A DNA stretch of 64,000 bases, taken from Octopus vulgaris. Lineage: Eukaryota. Shown here one piece after another: positions 1 to 15,673 of this stretch (positions within the stretch are counted from its first letter, which is position 1; each line of letters begins with the position of its first letter). Location: NCBI GenBank assembly GCA_951406725.2, contig OX597828.1, forward strand, positions 76,818,001 through 76,882,000. The letters run 5' to 3'. Under the pieces are notes generated by a model, which saw only the letters and a program-made list of their open reading frames with translations, was not told the origin of the DNA and did not search any database. A program made the position numbers and the translations under genes.

Positions 1-299
1 ACAACTGAGGAGAACTATGGAGCGATAGTTTCGCTGATATTCCCTATCGCAGTTGTTATAAAGCAACGTCAAATTCGATCTTTTCCACAGCCAAGCTATC
101 GCCCCGCCTTTAAATAATAAAATCGTATACGTATATTACATACACATATATCCACTACATCATAAGCATACATATGCATTCGTAGACATATAAGTACATG
201 CGCGTGCATACACACACACATACACGCGCATACGTATGTAAATATATGTGAGAATTCCTATAAATCACGGAATGTTCTGAATGCATCTATGAATGTCTG

Positions 300-535
<236 letters not shown>

Positions 536-970
536 GAGACATAATCAAGCGCCAGTACAAAAATACACACTTTTACACGTCCGTATATATACCTACCTAC
601 CTGCCTACCTACCTACATACACAATTGTATGATTTGTGGAAGAAAACCAAGCAGCCATTGTTACATTAGATCCCATTTAAGATTTGCCATTCAATTTAAA
701 ATTAGACAAAGATTAATCTTGCTAATTATCAATTTTCTCGCTGATGAGACATAATGAAGAATTTTCTATTTTAGATTCACCTCTGCTACTCTTAGTTGTC
801 ATGGCACGCTAACTTTCCTGCTAGCATCAGCAGCGGCAATGGCAGAAGACATACGTTTAAATAAATGATGCATACAGCCAAATTCACTGAAACACATAAT
901 ATACTCGCATGCACACACATATAAGATGGTACATAGATATACATATTCATATATATTCATATATATTCAT

Positions 971-1009
<39 letters not shown>

Positions 1010-2167
1010 TAGATAGATAACGAGCCAGAAAGAGAAAGATTCGGAATGCTTAGATTTGACAGATACATACACTGATATCAGGAAACCATATCACAGATAC
1101 ACGCTCATGTGTGTGAGGGAATAGATATATACACATACATACCCATCCACCAGGGACATGAAAGCCTTCCCTTCTCTCTTTCTCTCTCTATCATACTTAC
1201 CCTCTCTCCTTAACTATATGTGTATATACACACAATACACACCTACACACGTGCACATGCATATGTAAATATAAATGTTATTCAATCCCGCTTATGTGCG
1301 TATTTATACAAACGCATTCACGATAGATATGCACGCCTCGCACGTATATACACAGACGTTTTATATACACGCACTTCTGTGTATGTGTTTATATAAATGT
1401 GTGATTGTATATAAATGCATGCATATACACATGTCTATATATGTGAGCGCATGTGCTCACATATATAGAGGTGTGTGTGTGTATGTGTGTGCGCGCGCGT
1501 GTGTGCGTGTGTGTGTTTGTGCATTCACGTGTTTAGCTGAATTCCATTTCGTTATGAACCGTGGGAATGTTGCCGCAATCCTTAACGAATTGAAATTACA
1601 TATAATTATTGCATGAAGCCTTTCATAAGTAATTGTCTGGATAAGATAAAGCCATGTGTACTCCTTAAGTAAAACCCATGGAACTCAACAAAGAGAGAGA
1701 GAGAGAGAGAGAGAAAGTGTGTATGTCCATCGTCTGCCGATGGCCACGGTCAGTAATACGTGAGTGATTCGCCTTCCGCTACAGTTTTCTCTTATATCGT
1801 ACTATGGACTTCGATGTGTAACCCGATCTAGTTATATTTAACCCTTTCGTGATATCTTAGCCATAGATCTTCTGTGATATTTTTTACCACAAACCCCCAG
1901 CCCTGTTCTTTGGTGGCGTGATTCAAATTCTATAGAATGGTGGGATCCCAGCTCCCCTCTTTCTCATCGACAATATTCATGATCTGCTTCATCAATCTAC
2001 GAATACGATTTCTTTTATTTGTTTTTGTTTTTTTAATGCAGTGCCATTCACTTGCATTGTGAAATGGCTGTTGATCAACGGAGCCACGTTGAAGCTGGTC
2101 GATCAAGCTTGCAGCAGAATATACTATAACAAACAAATGCCTTGCGCAAATAGGTCATATATTTCTA

Positions 2168-2494
2168 CAGGTACTGAACCTCTTATCTGGAATCTAAAAA
2201 TCCGAAATTACCAGAAACCCAGCTATTTTTTAAACTGGCTAGCTTTGAATTTCGCAGCTGTAGTAATTCGGTTATGAATTACACGTGACAAGAGTTTTAT
2301 CAATTCTAAGTGGCTTAATAAAGATTAAAGAATCGTACTTTAGAAATATTTTAATTTGTATATTTTATACAAATTTGGTCTTTACTTTCCGTTATTTATT
2401 TCATATTTCCGGTATATATTTACCCTGTGTCCAGAAATCCGGACTACCCTCCGGCCCCAAGGCTGCCGGATAAGAGGTTCGGGTTCCGTACCTC
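2168..2494. mobile_element. MITE with ~23-bp TIRs and TA flanks (Tc1/pogo-Tigger type)
   Basis: Left end TA|CAGGTACTGAACCTCTTATCTGG. Right end CCGGATAAGAGGTTC(GGGTTC)CGTACCTC|TA is its reverse complement with a 6-nt duplication. No ORF. Confidence 0.65.
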
Positions 2495-2589
2495 TATTAT
2501 GAACTCAAATATTGATATTTGTGTCACGTCAGGGCTTCACTCACAGAGAAATACTTCACGTATCCTTGCCCTAGCTCTGTACTTGAACC

Positions 2590-2884
2590 ATTGGATATAT
2601 TTGTATATGTGGATGCTTGATTATTTATGCTGGTGTGTTTACGTCCCGTATCTTACCGTTGCAAGAGACCGATTGGATATATTTGTAATGTGGATGCTTG
2701 ATTATTTATGCTGGTGTGTTTACGTCCCCGTATCTTACCGGTTCGGCAAAAGAGACCGATAGAATAAGTACTAGGTTCACAAAGAATAAGTCCAGGGGTC
2801 GATTTGCTCAACTAAAAGTGGTGCTCCAGCATGGCAACAATCAAATGCCTGAAACAAGTAAAAGAGTAAAAGAGTAAAAGAGTA
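2590..2884 (+). mobile_element. 3' part of SINE family A with ~82-bp internal tandem duplication
   Basis: Matches the 3' half of the full copy at 15673-16091 (TGGTGTGTTTACGTCCCCG...GACCGATAGAATAAGTAC...TGAAACAAGTAAAAGAGT tail). The segment ATTGGATATATTTGTA...GAGACCG occurs twice. Confidence 0.8.
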
Positions 2885-3207
2885 TTTGTTAATTAAAAAA
2901 TTGATAAACCTCCCTTACAGGTGTTTCAAATCCAGACCTTCAGAAAATTAATTAATTAAATTAAAAATTATTTGAAAGTCGTACTTTTTTAAAATAACAA
3001 ATAATAATTTATTAATTACCTCTTTACTTTCTCATCTTATTATTATTATAATAAATAAATGTATATAAACAACGGTTTATATAGTTACCATGCAGATGAG
3101 TATTAAATATAATGTCCAGTATTCTTTGTATAGGTGACTAACCAGTTCTTCCATAGGATTTTGCTATCCCTCAATGAGGTTTGTAACCTTTAAGTGTGCT
3201 TTTATAT

Positions 3208-3274
<67 letters not shown>

Positions 3275-3301
3275 AATGATTTTGGATTTGGTTTGCAACA
3301 G

Positions 3302-3339
<38 letters not shown>

Positions 3340-3530
3340 CACGTAAAATTATATTTTAGGGTATCTAATGTGGTTTTAGAGTTAAATTTTGGCTGCTATT
3401 TCCAGCGTGGAGATATCTCTTAGATAAACAAATTATAATTTAATAATTATTACGACTTTGAAGGTAATAATTTATTCCCATGCTGGCCACTTGATAAGAT
3501 CGATATTTAGATAACGATCTTATCCTTATT

Positions 3531-3577
<47 letters not shown>

Positions 3578-3750
3578 TTTAAAATTAATTAAGGATAACC
3601 TCTTAATAAGGAATCTTAACAAGAAATTATCGGGTAGTTAGCGTGAAAACCTCATAAAAGAAAAGAATTCGAAAATAATTTTTTTATTCCTTTGAACAAA
3701 TTAATTATATCTATATTGTATAGAGGGATATTATTACAATGCACTCCTAT

Positions 3751-3834
<84 letters not shown>

Positions 3835-3927
3835 TGTATGTATGTATGTACATAATGATAGAAAGGAAAATTAGATGTAATAAAGGTATCTGTAATGCAG
3901 GTGGGTGTATATGCATATGTATAAATA

Positions 3928-4130
3928 CGAGGGGTGCGAAATGTTTCGGATTTTAAAGGTACTGCGAAAGGCATGGCTCGAGGCTCAACCTTCCGAGTTC
4001 TTTTACGGGACTTAGAAAAACTGACGGGTCGCTGCGATAAGTATGTGAATCTCAGAGCGAAATATGTTGAATAAAATCACAATTAACTGATCCTGTATTT
4101 TCTTTAACCCAATGCCAGGAATTTTTCAAA
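3928..4130 (+). mobile_element. mariner-derived MITE (internal deletion derivative)
   Basis: TA|CGAGGGGTGC-type TIR start. Contains a degenerate mariner C-terminus (LEKL..R..K.V.LR..YVE*). Homologous to 59895-60110. Confidence 0.65.
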
Positions 4131-4393
4131 ACTTTAAATACATGTATATATGTAGGAACAGACCAAGCACGAGGCGGCTAAATAATATCCATTGTCACAG
4201 CTGGTCGAATTTAGGAATTCACCTGGAAAGTCTAAGGCGGTTGCTTCCCTTTGGACCCCTTCAAGGAATTGCGGATGTGGTGGATGAGTGGATAGATGGA
4301 ATGTACGTGTGTGTCAGCTGACTTGTGCTCTTTCTCATTGATGCTCCTGCCATTCCTTGAATATATGTACATAGCGCGTGTATGTGTATGTAA

Positions 4394-4440
<47 letters not shown>

Positions 4441-4616
4441 GTTTTGTACAAAGGCAGAAGAAGAATGTGTGCCAAGAATGTTGAACTGCTCCAGATGTTA
4501 TGTATTCTATCGATAAATGCAATCTTGAGATTCTGGCGCATCATTCTTCAAGCTGGGGTTAATACAGCGTAACGACGGCAACGTTCTTTAAATCTTAGAT
4601 AATTAATAATATAATT

Positions 4617-4730
<114 letters not shown>

Positions 4731-4939
4731 ACACATGCATTCACACACATGCATACTTTTTATATGCTTACGCACGTAGTCAAGCGAACCACTGCATATA
4801 TGTAGGTATGAGTTCCATCTGCGGAATATGGCACTACGAAATATAAGGCGAAACGTTTAAATTAAATAAACCTTTAGATATTTCGTCAGTGTTAATAAAT
4901 GGTTTTCTTACAACGGGTACAATGAGTATTATATATATG

Positions 4940-4976
<37 letters not shown>

Positions 4977-5372
4977 GAGTGAGCGCATGTGAGGGCGAGC
5001 GCATGTGAGAACGAGTGCGAGAGAGAGTGATATGGAAGGAGAGAGCGAGCGAGAGAGAGAGAGTGGGTGATAGTGATTAAGGAAAAGTGACCGAGAGAGA
5101 AAGAAAAGTGAGAGAGCGCGTGTGAGCGTCACATAGTTCATGTAAGTGTGGCACTCAAAGCTAGTTATTACGGTTTGATTATAATATAAAATATAAAACA
5201 ATGAACAACACACAACACTCATAAGAGCATCTGTGGTATAAATTGTCCGCTCTCAGAATACTTTTATGCCACCGTTATACACTCGCTATTTGCACAGGAA
5301 ACCTACCACCATGTTGCACAAAAAGAAGGTATTTACGACATGTAAGACTTTAACCTGTTATACTCTAATATA

Positions 5373-5601
5373 TCTATTTCTTTACTACCCACAAGGGGCT
5401 AAACACAGAGAGGGCAAACAAGGACAGACATACGGATTAAATCGATTCCAATGACTCCAGTGCGTAACTGGTACTTAATTTATTGACCCCGAAAAGATGA
5501 AAGGCAAAGTCGACCTCGGCGGAATTTGAACTCAGAACGTAACGGCAGACGAAATACGGCTACGCATTTCGCCCGGCGTGCTAACCACTCTGCCTGCTCG
5601 C
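5373..5601 (-). mobile_element. tRNA-derived SINE family B
   Basis: Shares GTTCTGAGTTCAAATTCCGCCGAGGTCGACTTTGCCTTTCATC...AAGTACCAGTTACGCACTGG with many other copies; B-box-like GAGTTCAAATTCC. Confidence 0.85.
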
Positions 5602-5618
5602 ATATATAAACTACCCTA

Positions 5619-5830
5619 GGACGGCAAGCTGGCACAATCGCTGGCACGCCGGACGAAATGCGTAGCCGTATTTCGTCTGCCGTTTCGTTCTGAGTTCAAA
5701 TTCTGCCGAGGTCAAATTTGCCTTTCATCCTTTCGGGGTCGATAAATTAAGTACCCGTTGCGTACTGGAGATAATCCAATCGACTATCCCCCTCTCCAGA
5801 ACTTTCGAGACTTGTTTCTAGAGTAGAAAA
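5619..5830 (+). mobile_element. tRNA-derived SINE family B
   Basis: Same consensus, opposite orientation and head-to-head with the previous copy. Confidence 0.85.
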
Positions 5831-6449
5831 TAATATATTAACTACCCTTTCGGGGATTTACGCTAAACTAGTGCATATCTGTTAAGTATACACACATACG
5901 TATGTGTTTGTGCTACGTGCGTATATACATCTAAATCCCTGTTCAAATATGCACGTCCACATACCCTCTCACTCCCTCCCTTATTGTATTTTTCTATGCG
6001 GTGGAAGATGTAGTGAATTTCAGTTCTTGGGGCTGGGTTAGAAGGGGTGAGTTTAGTGTGAGTATCGACAGACCAGAAACTGCAGTGAGGATTAAATGGG
6101 CGATAGAGTTGTAGCTCCTGAAATTGGGTGGAAAGAAAATGTACCTATTTAGATCAGAGGAAGAAAAAGAAGTAGGACCCGAAAGAGAAGAAAAGAAAAT
6201 TTTGTACGAATACGAGATGGGATTTTTGTTTGTTTGTTTGATAAGCATATAGTTTTGTAACTGCGGAAAGGGCAGTGCCAATAACTTCTGTAAGGATTCC
6301 CCAGAGGAGTATCGTACACCGGATATCTGACAAATATCCTAAAAACTGAGAGCACCTTCCTAAAACACCGGATAAAGCAAGTGGTGGCGTTTAACGACGC
6401 AGTAGTTTACGTCAAACAGCAGTTACTAAACTTATTTTAATATTGTGTA

Positions 6450-6546
<97 letters not shown>

Positions 6547-7719
6547 CAGTAAGAAATGTCACTGAAGAAAAGACTAGAAACCCTTTCATATTCAGAAAAA
6601 AAGCTAAAAAGATAAATCAAAATTTTAGAGTGCAGTTGATGGTTAACATACACTTGCAGTATAAGACCGGATTTTGCAGTGGCGTATAAAGGGGTAAAAT
6701 GACTGGTGAAAAGTCTATAGGTTAAATAATCTCTTCAAAATAGAATTTCTAGAAATAGGAAAAGAAAACAACACACAAGAAAGACAAAACGGAGGAAGGC
6801 TGATGAATAAGAAAATATGTTCATCTGGTGGTCGTAAGTTATCTTTTAATGCTTAGAAAATTAGTAAGTATTTTTTGACATGAGGAAAAGCAAATCTGAT
6901 TTATAATATAACCTTTGTTCAAAGCTACAAGTTGTGTGGTTCGAAATGTCAGAAATGTATGAATAGATGGAGTGACTGACTTGGCGTAGATGTCACTCGG
7001 CGTTGGCACAAGTATGTATGCTGCGAAGTCCAGTGTGTGTATGTTTATCTGTGAGTGTTTGTGTGTGTGTGTGTGACTGTGTGTGTATTATGCGTCTACA
7101 TATAAAACACAAACCTAAATATATACTATCTATTTATCTACCAATCTATCTATGTTTCTCTCTCTCTCTCTTTATATATATATATATATATATATATAGA
7201 TGAGTGTATTTTACCTATATATATATATATATATTCTATATATATATATGTATAAATTTATAAATGTATGTATGTATGTATATATACTGACACATGTACA
7301 TGCATATGTACACATGCATGCACATTCATGGGAGAATTTGGGCATGTCTCCTTTGTTGGGAAAAAACTTTTGTTCAATTCTATAGATGAACTCTACATAG
7401 TTTGCACGGATTCCAACTTCCAGAGAGCAGGATTTGTGAAAGACAGAAGTTAAATAGAATCAAAGAGAATTGCTGGCGTAATTTGCATGCGTTTTTGTGA
7501 AGGTGTGTGCATGGTAGAAAAATCGGGATAGAGTAAAAACATTGCATTAAAAACACACAATACACCTCCACTCACGTTATGTACATATTTACTTTTATAA
7601 TATAAGCATATTCACGTATATAACTATAAAAATATAATTATATTTAAGGGCTACTGGAAACGGCTATCGCCAATGCTAAATGTAGATGTTAATACATACA
7701 GTCCACTCTAAAATATGTT

Positions 7720-8175
7720 CTCTCTATCAAACCACAGGTACGAACGCGAGGGAATCAGCAAGAAAATATAAAAAATATTGGATAATGCCGTAGCTTGAGA
7801 TTTCACACCTTGCAAAAAATTGCTTTGCTGAGAGGAATTTGCCTGTATTGCGGGAAACGAATTTGCTCTTTATGTAGAGTGGTTCTCTTTCACAAGGTCA
7901 TACTCATCTGTCCAATATAGTTGTGCTCGCAACCCGAGCAGGTTATTACATAAATTAGGTTCTCAGAGGCACAAGTGAAACTAGTTTTAATTCTGAACAT
8001 CTGTCCTTGTTTGAAGAGGAAATCCGAGCCTTCAAGTAGGTTGGAGCAGGTTCCACAATTTGGGCGTCCACATTTTCTTACCGTTGGTTTCGTGGTTGTT
8101 TTGTGAACCTTTGCATTTGTTAGAAGTCTCTTTAGCGAATTGTGTTGCTTTTTAATTTGATGTGTTTGTGTGTGT
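7720..8175 (-). pseudogene. degenerate Neptune-type PLE fragment (Cys linker + GIY-YIG endonuclease)
   Basis: Translation [60 protein letters not shown] aligns closely to the ORF at 53933-56086; frameshifted downstream. Confidence 0.9.
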
Positions 8176-8642
8176 TTATATATATATATATATGCGCACA
8201 CCAGAGTAGGCACAGAAATGTGAAACAAGGTGTGAAAGATAGTACCGGAGGTGGAGTATTTTGCGTTGTACGAAAATATATATGAATCACAACTGACCGA
8301 TGTACTGGTGCGTGAAACTCTGAATAGCAGTCTTTTGTGATGTTTTTCAGCCTTAATAATGAAGTATGTATATGTATGTATGTATATATATATATATATA
8401 TAAATATAAATATATATATATGTATATATATATATGTATATGTATGTGTGTATATATATATATACATATGTATATATACACAAACGCACACACATATATA
8501 TATATGCATATTTATATATATATATATACAACTTTTGTAAATCATTGAGATATATGACGTTAACATTTATTCCTCTCTGAACGAAGGTCATTACGTTTAA
8601 ATCTACAGGCAGTGGAGGAAATATAATACACCATAATATTGT

Positions 8643-8707
<65 letters not shown>

Positions 8708-9153
8708 TATACATATATATATATATATACATGTATAATGAAGACGATGAGATACAAAGTAAGAGAGAAGGGGTGAAAGAGTAGAAATTAGAGCAAGTAA
8801 ACAGAATTATCGATTATCGAGAAATAAGTAATATAAAATATATATACGAAATAAAATAAATGCGGAAGAAAGAGAGGGAAATAAATGAAAATAAGAAAAA
8901 TAGACGTGGTCAGACTTACATAAGTGGATTAGGCTCGTTAAATGATACATGAAATAATGATTGAGTTGTCTCCCATGGTGGATGACAGAGGCTACAGAGG
9001 AAGGATTGGATTCTCTCTACTTATATATTACGGTGCTTGAAACTGTCATTAAATCAGAAGGAGAAAAAAAGCACATCAGAAACAAGTCAAAAACATTGAT
9101 AATCATAATCTCAATCATCATTATCGTGGGTTTTTTAAATATTTTTTTACTCC

Positions 9154-9204
<51 letters not shown>

Positions 9205-9599
9205 TATGGAGAGATGGAGAGATAGATATATGATGTTATTGTTATTATTATTTCTGTTACCAAAGAATGATTATGGGATCTTATTTGTTTCGTGTTACCG
9301 AATGTTCAATGTCTTTAACAATGGCGGCACACACATGCTAAACACAGATGCAATGATTACACTCGCAAACGCACATACATATATATACACATATATACGT
9401 ATATATACGTATATATGTATATACATACATAAATGTATGTATATATATATACACATATACATGCTTATGCATATACATATATATATATACGTATATATAT
9501 ATAGATGCATATATAAATGTATATATATATACATGTATATATACATGTATATAAGTATGTATATATACATGAATATATATATATATCTATATAAACATG

Positions 9600-9630
<31 letters not shown>

Positions 9631-9791
9631 GTATATATGTATATATATACATATACATATATGTGTAGATATATATATATACATATACAGATTTATATAT
9701 ATACACACACATATATATATTTACATACGTATATATATATTTACATGTATATATACATATACATATATATATATATGTATATATATATAGA

Positions 9792-9852
<61 letters not shown>

Positions 9853-10119
9853 GTGTATATATATATACATATGTGTGTATATATATGTATATATATATAG
9901 TGACATTTGGGAAACAACAGTTTCCCATGACTGAGTTAGGGGCAGAGCAGGATTAAATTAAGTCGGGAAGTCAGTACAAGTATTCTGTAATGCTTTGCCT
10001 CCAGCGGAGTAATGGTTTCCATATTATTGTTGTTGCATCAACTGAAAATTCGATACACACATACAGACATACAGACAGACATACCTACGTACATACACAC
10101 ATGCGTACGTACATACATA

Positions 10120-10435
<316 letters not shown>

Positions 10436-10700
10436 TGAACTCGCATATATAATTACGTAACATAAACATGCGGTAAAGCAAAATGCAATTACGTTTCTGG
10501 AAACTTCTCGTTGTTGTTTTGCTTCTTTGTCGATAGAGGGAGATATAGAATTATTAACAACAATATGATAATGAGGAGGAGGTACTCAAGGTCATAATAT
10601 CTTGTAATACTTATAATGATGAAGATGAGAACTATGACAGTATAAGTTTACTTCGGCGGTGGTTGAACTTAAATTGCATCATGCACCCCCAAGCCCCCCC

Positions 10701-10758
<58 letters not shown>

Positions 10759-11255
10759 GTATGTATATGTATATGTATATATAGCAGTAAAGGGGAGTAG
10801 TAGAAATTGATTTCGTACTGTGGAATCATAATGATACGCGTATAGATGGTGAGGGCAGGTGTACTTCGTTTTGATTTTCTGCAGGTAACTGCTTCATCAC
10901 ATGACAAGTAGTTAATATGGCAGGGAAACGAATAACAACCGTCACAGCCGCATTCGGTTTGGATAATCACCAACTTTTGCTTTCGAACCTTTTGGTCCTC
11001 TTTTCCAGTTTCCAAACTTCAACCCGATGGTGTTTTTAATCTGATTAATAATATTCCCTCGTATTGTATCTGCGTTTAATTACACGGGTATACCAGTAAT
11101 ATATGCCGAGGTAACTAAACAACTGACTTTTGATCAGAAAGCCGTGCCTTGACTTTCTAACATGAGGCAGCATACAATAACACTCCCTCCTGCCTTGGGT
11201 CTCATACTTCTCATCAGGACTTTGATTACGACCCATATGTTCAGTTGATATATTC

Positions 11256-11449
11256 CTACCATATATTCCAAAAATTCGAATATTCTAGACTAAAATTTAC
11301 AGACAAACACGGTAGGTCGCCTTGCGCACAAAGACGACGTTGGAGAGTCAAAAATTCTGTGTAAAATTAATCAGATCTTGAAAAAGTAGTAACGATTCCT
11401 GAATATCTCCACTATATGAAAGGTCGACTTATATACCGGGAAACACGGT
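11256..11449. mobile_element. possible degenerate Tigger/pogo-type MITE
   Basis: Right end GGTCGACTTATATACCGGGAAACACGGT resembles Tigger-like TIRs; left end TACCATATATTC is a weak match. Confidence 0.3.
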
Positions 11450-12278
11450 CCCTCCTTTTCCTATTAAATCAGTTAATCATTTAATATATTATTTTTTTAT
11501 GCACTTTTATGACAACATTTGATTAAATTTCATTTTACTTTATTTCATAATTCGAGTATTATGTATTTAAAGATCCGGTGAAAACTTTTTCTATGTAAGA
11601 CAATTAGTTTTGCGCCAAATTCATCTACCTCTGATTAGATATATTTTTATGGTTCCTTTTCAGTCTTCCTTTAAATGTAATCCCAGAATTTGCACCTTCG
11701 TTCCTCTGCTCAATAATCTTTTTAAATTTCTTCATATCTAATGCATTCCGTCAAAGGGAGGTGAGGGTGTTTTTTTTCTCATTATGTAGATGTACATGTT
11801 ATTCATCCACCCTATTGAATATCTGCTCTCTCAAGAAACCGTTACAAACGAGCTTAAATGAAATAAATTCTGATTCCATCCTTGAAATGTTTCCAAGAAG
11901 TTACTTATATGCGGCTTTGAAAAGGGATATAATATCATTATTCTAGATTCTGGTTTCAAATGCCAGCGTTTCCGTCTGAGAATCATGACCTCAGATTAAT
12001 AACATAAGAATGCTTTACTGACATACAGTTGTCACTTTACACCTCAAAGGAAGATTTCTCTTCCTCCTAATGCGAAAATTATCTTTGATTCTCCGAGAGT
12101 GTAGCAAATACAAGGCATCCTTGATTGAGCAAACCTAATATTAGAAACAATTTCAGCACTGGTTGTCCTCTCCGTTTGTAGGAGGTAAAAAAAAAAACGA
12201 ATACAGGAATTAACTGTATCTAATCTGCCTTTAAGAGAGTAAGTAGTCGTGTCAAATATGTGTGTATGTGTGTGTGGG

Positions 12279-12329
<51 letters not shown>

Positions 12330-12704
12330 GTTACGACTAGCCCGTTTTCTTACTTGTGCGAATGCACATATTCTAGAGGTTCGAAATAAGGAGAATATCG
12401 GCATCAAACACGAATAGGTATATGTATGAGCGCACGAACACAAACTCTGAGCCTATGTAAATCTGTGTGTGTTTAATGAACAGAGAAAGAATGGGGAAAG
12501 AGAGAGAGAGAGGGAGGGAGGGAGAAAGAGCATTCACCAACATGAGGAGTAGACAGACAGACGACAACAGACGAAGGGTCGTTTCTCTGTGATTACTTGT
12601 CTTGTTTTCCATTTTCTCTCTCATTGTTTGCGTATTTAACTCGTTTGTTTACGTATTTGATGTTGTTTACACAGTTGGTGACGTTCTGTACCCATGTATG
12701 CATA

Positions 12705-12762
<58 letters not shown>

Positions 12763-13053
12763 TATAGTAGCGTGTATTATAATTTATATGCATATACTGA
12801 AAAGTATTATGTAAACGAAGACCGAAACTCAAATACATTTACTGTAAAATAAAAATTAGCATTATAGAGTAAATACACATGGTAGAATAGCATAAACACA
12901 GTTTAAATATAAGATTTTGTATACACGGTTGTATAGAAAGATACATATATGCATATATACTGACATTTCAGCAAATATTGTCTGGCATATACACACACAT
13001 CCATACACACAGCGGATAACTAAATAAGTCTGTGTGTGTGTGTGTGTGTGTTT

Positions 13054-13094
<41 letters not shown>

Positions 13095-13567
13095 CGTCTT
13101 ATCCATAAGGATAGATAAGAAGATAACGAAGTCCTCTTTCCTAAATTGCATTTTAAAATTATTTCCAAAAAGCACTTATCTTCAGCCTGTGTCTGTCTGG
13201 TGAAGTCGTTCACTGGCAACCATGGGTTCTTGAATTCGATCCACTGAACGGAAACATTGGTAAACCATTTCGATAGAAATTAATCGATTAGAACGCTTTG
13301 GATAGAATTGTGAAGTTGCAAGCTATGTGTTTATGTTTTCAGGTATACTCCGGTAAAATAACTAGTGTATTCTTTTGCACCCTTAACTTAACGGTTAGAC
13401 AAATAGAAACTCATAAAATGAATACCTATATACATGATGTGATGGGGTCGAAATACTCGCTTAAGCGATTAAACACAAAGCTTTTACAGGCGATGCCCCA
13501 GCTTGGCCGCAATTCTTTGACTGACAGCTAGTGAAATAATTGAATATTCAAGAAATAAGTAGTGGTT

Positions 13568-13606
<39 letters not shown>

Positions 13607-13783
13607 ACACACACACACATATACATATATATATATGCAAGTACACAAAAATATCTGCATGTGTTATATTATATTCCTAAAGTTTGCAGAAATTCCATCT
13701 CTTAAAATCGGAGAATATTGCAAATGTATTAGATTGATCAGACATTGATCCATCTCTGCACATACACGCATGCACACTTACAC

Positions 13784-13855
<72 letters not shown>

Positions 13856-15279
13856 CATTATATAAGACAATATATACATGCATAATCGAATATAATATTA
13901 TATGATATATATATATATATATATATGCACAGCCACATTCATATATCCACATTTATATACACCCACATACTTACAGACGGATTTTAAACACACACACACA
14001 CACACGCGCACATATGTATGAGATGAGTAGGTTCGTATCTGTGTCTGGTCAGTTTCGAAAATTGCTATGCTCTACATTTATATATATATATCTGTGAATA
14101 TGTGTGCGAAAGAATGTGTGCGTCTGCGCACACGCATGCTAAGCAGAGTGATAGATATGTACTTACCTACGCCTACATTACGTCTCGACTAAAATCATAC
14201 AAATAAGCGAAAACTTAAAGCTTTTTGGGAAATTCAATAGAAGAAGAATTTGTGAAAATAAAATTTTAAAGAACACTAAAAGAAATTTCATGTTATACAT
14301 TTACCAAAAAAAAAATAGCAAAATACAAACGCAAAAAGTAAAGGAAACAAATGGAAAGCGAAAGTTTTAGATACATAATAGATTTTCAGAGTTCCAACAA
14401 AGTCTACAGACATATTTGGATATATTCAAGTAACGCTAAATTGATAAAAGAAATATTCTGCGCTAAATAATAATTTATTCTTTCGAACTGCAGAACAAAA
14501 TACAAGGAATCTGAAAATGGTAACACGATATTAAGGAATATGTTAATGAGTGTTTCAATGCATTACAGTGAAAATTTCCATCCATGTTTTAAGTATTTTG
14601 GTTAAAGTAAATGTTAGTTAAACACAATGATATAAGCGCTGACAATGTTTCAAATACAGCGGTGAAATTATTCGCGGTCGTTAGTATTAGTTCGTCCGTC
14701 GCTGTCGACGATGTCCAAGGACATCCCATGGGAGAGGACGACGGAGTACGAATTGTCCAGCTGTGACCAATCATCCCGATGCGAGCTCGAATGTCTATGC
14801 CTGAGACTGGGTACTAGTGGTCTGTTCGGACTGAAGACTCTGGATTTGCGTAGTTCACGCTTCCTCCATCCGTGAGCAGACTCCTATCGCGCTGGATTAA
14901 CATATTTACTGTTCCATTTCTCCCTAAATTGAACATTAAACCTGATCATTCCCTACTAAATTGGACATAGAGCTATGTATATTTTCGTGGATACCTATAA
15001 ATCTCAGCGACAGTGTGAAGACAGGCTTCTTTTCCAGCATTTCGTTTCCCCTTCTTACCTCTAACCTCGTAAAGGCATGGTTGCACCTTCTCTTGTCACA
15101 CCGGTATGCCAAGAAGACTTTTCTATCTTAGTTAACTCGTACTTGGACTCGATTAATAAAGATGGCTCCAATTATAAAAAGGAAGGCTGGAAGCTCTTTC
15201 TTTCTCAATTACATTTCTCCATTCATTTCTTCAAATTGTGAAACTTGTATGTCTTTCTTCGTACCTCCGCGTCTCTTGT

Positions 15280-15630
15280 GAACGCGGTTTATGTTTGCAT
15301 CCCAATCACATGATTTCAGGTTCAGTTCCACTTCACGGGCGAGTGTCTTCTACTATAGCCTCGAGTCAAGTATTGACGGGAGTAGATTTGCGAGACGGAA
15401 ACAGAAAAATACTCATTGTATATGTGTATGTGCGTGCGTGTGAGTATGTGTGTGCGTGTGTGTGCATGCATATTTGTGTTCGTGTGCTTGTCGCCCACCA
15501 CTGCTTGACAACTGGTGTTCGTGTATTTAATCCTGTAACTTAGCAGTTCGGCAAAAGATACCGATACATTCAACTAAAACCTCTTTGAGGCTGTGCCACA
15601 GTATGGCCGCAGTTTAATGACTGAAACAAG
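15280..15630 (+). mobile_element. SINE family A (degenerate)
   Basis: GGTTCAGTTCCAC B-box, AGTGTCTTCTACTATAGCC, internal (TG)n, ATGACTGAAACAAG tail. Confidence 0.75.
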
Positions 15631-15641
15631 ATACATGCATC

Positions 15642-15672
<31 letters not shown>

Positions 15673-15673
<1 letters not shown>

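Noticed and set aside
1-60. ACAACTGAGGAGAACTAT...ATAGTTTC...CAGTTGT hairpin
   Set aside because: Lacks GAAA/UH; truncated by the window edge.
3487-3526. TTGATAA-GATCG...CGATC hairpin resembling a U3-A8 hammerhead
   Set aside because: No GAAA or stem III follows stem II.
4831-4893. Hairpin CACT(G)ACGAAATAT...ATATTTCGTCAGTG with CTGACGA and GAAACGTT words
   Set aside because: The core elements are not on one strand in a foldable hammerhead order; could be a rearranged remnant but cannot be supported.
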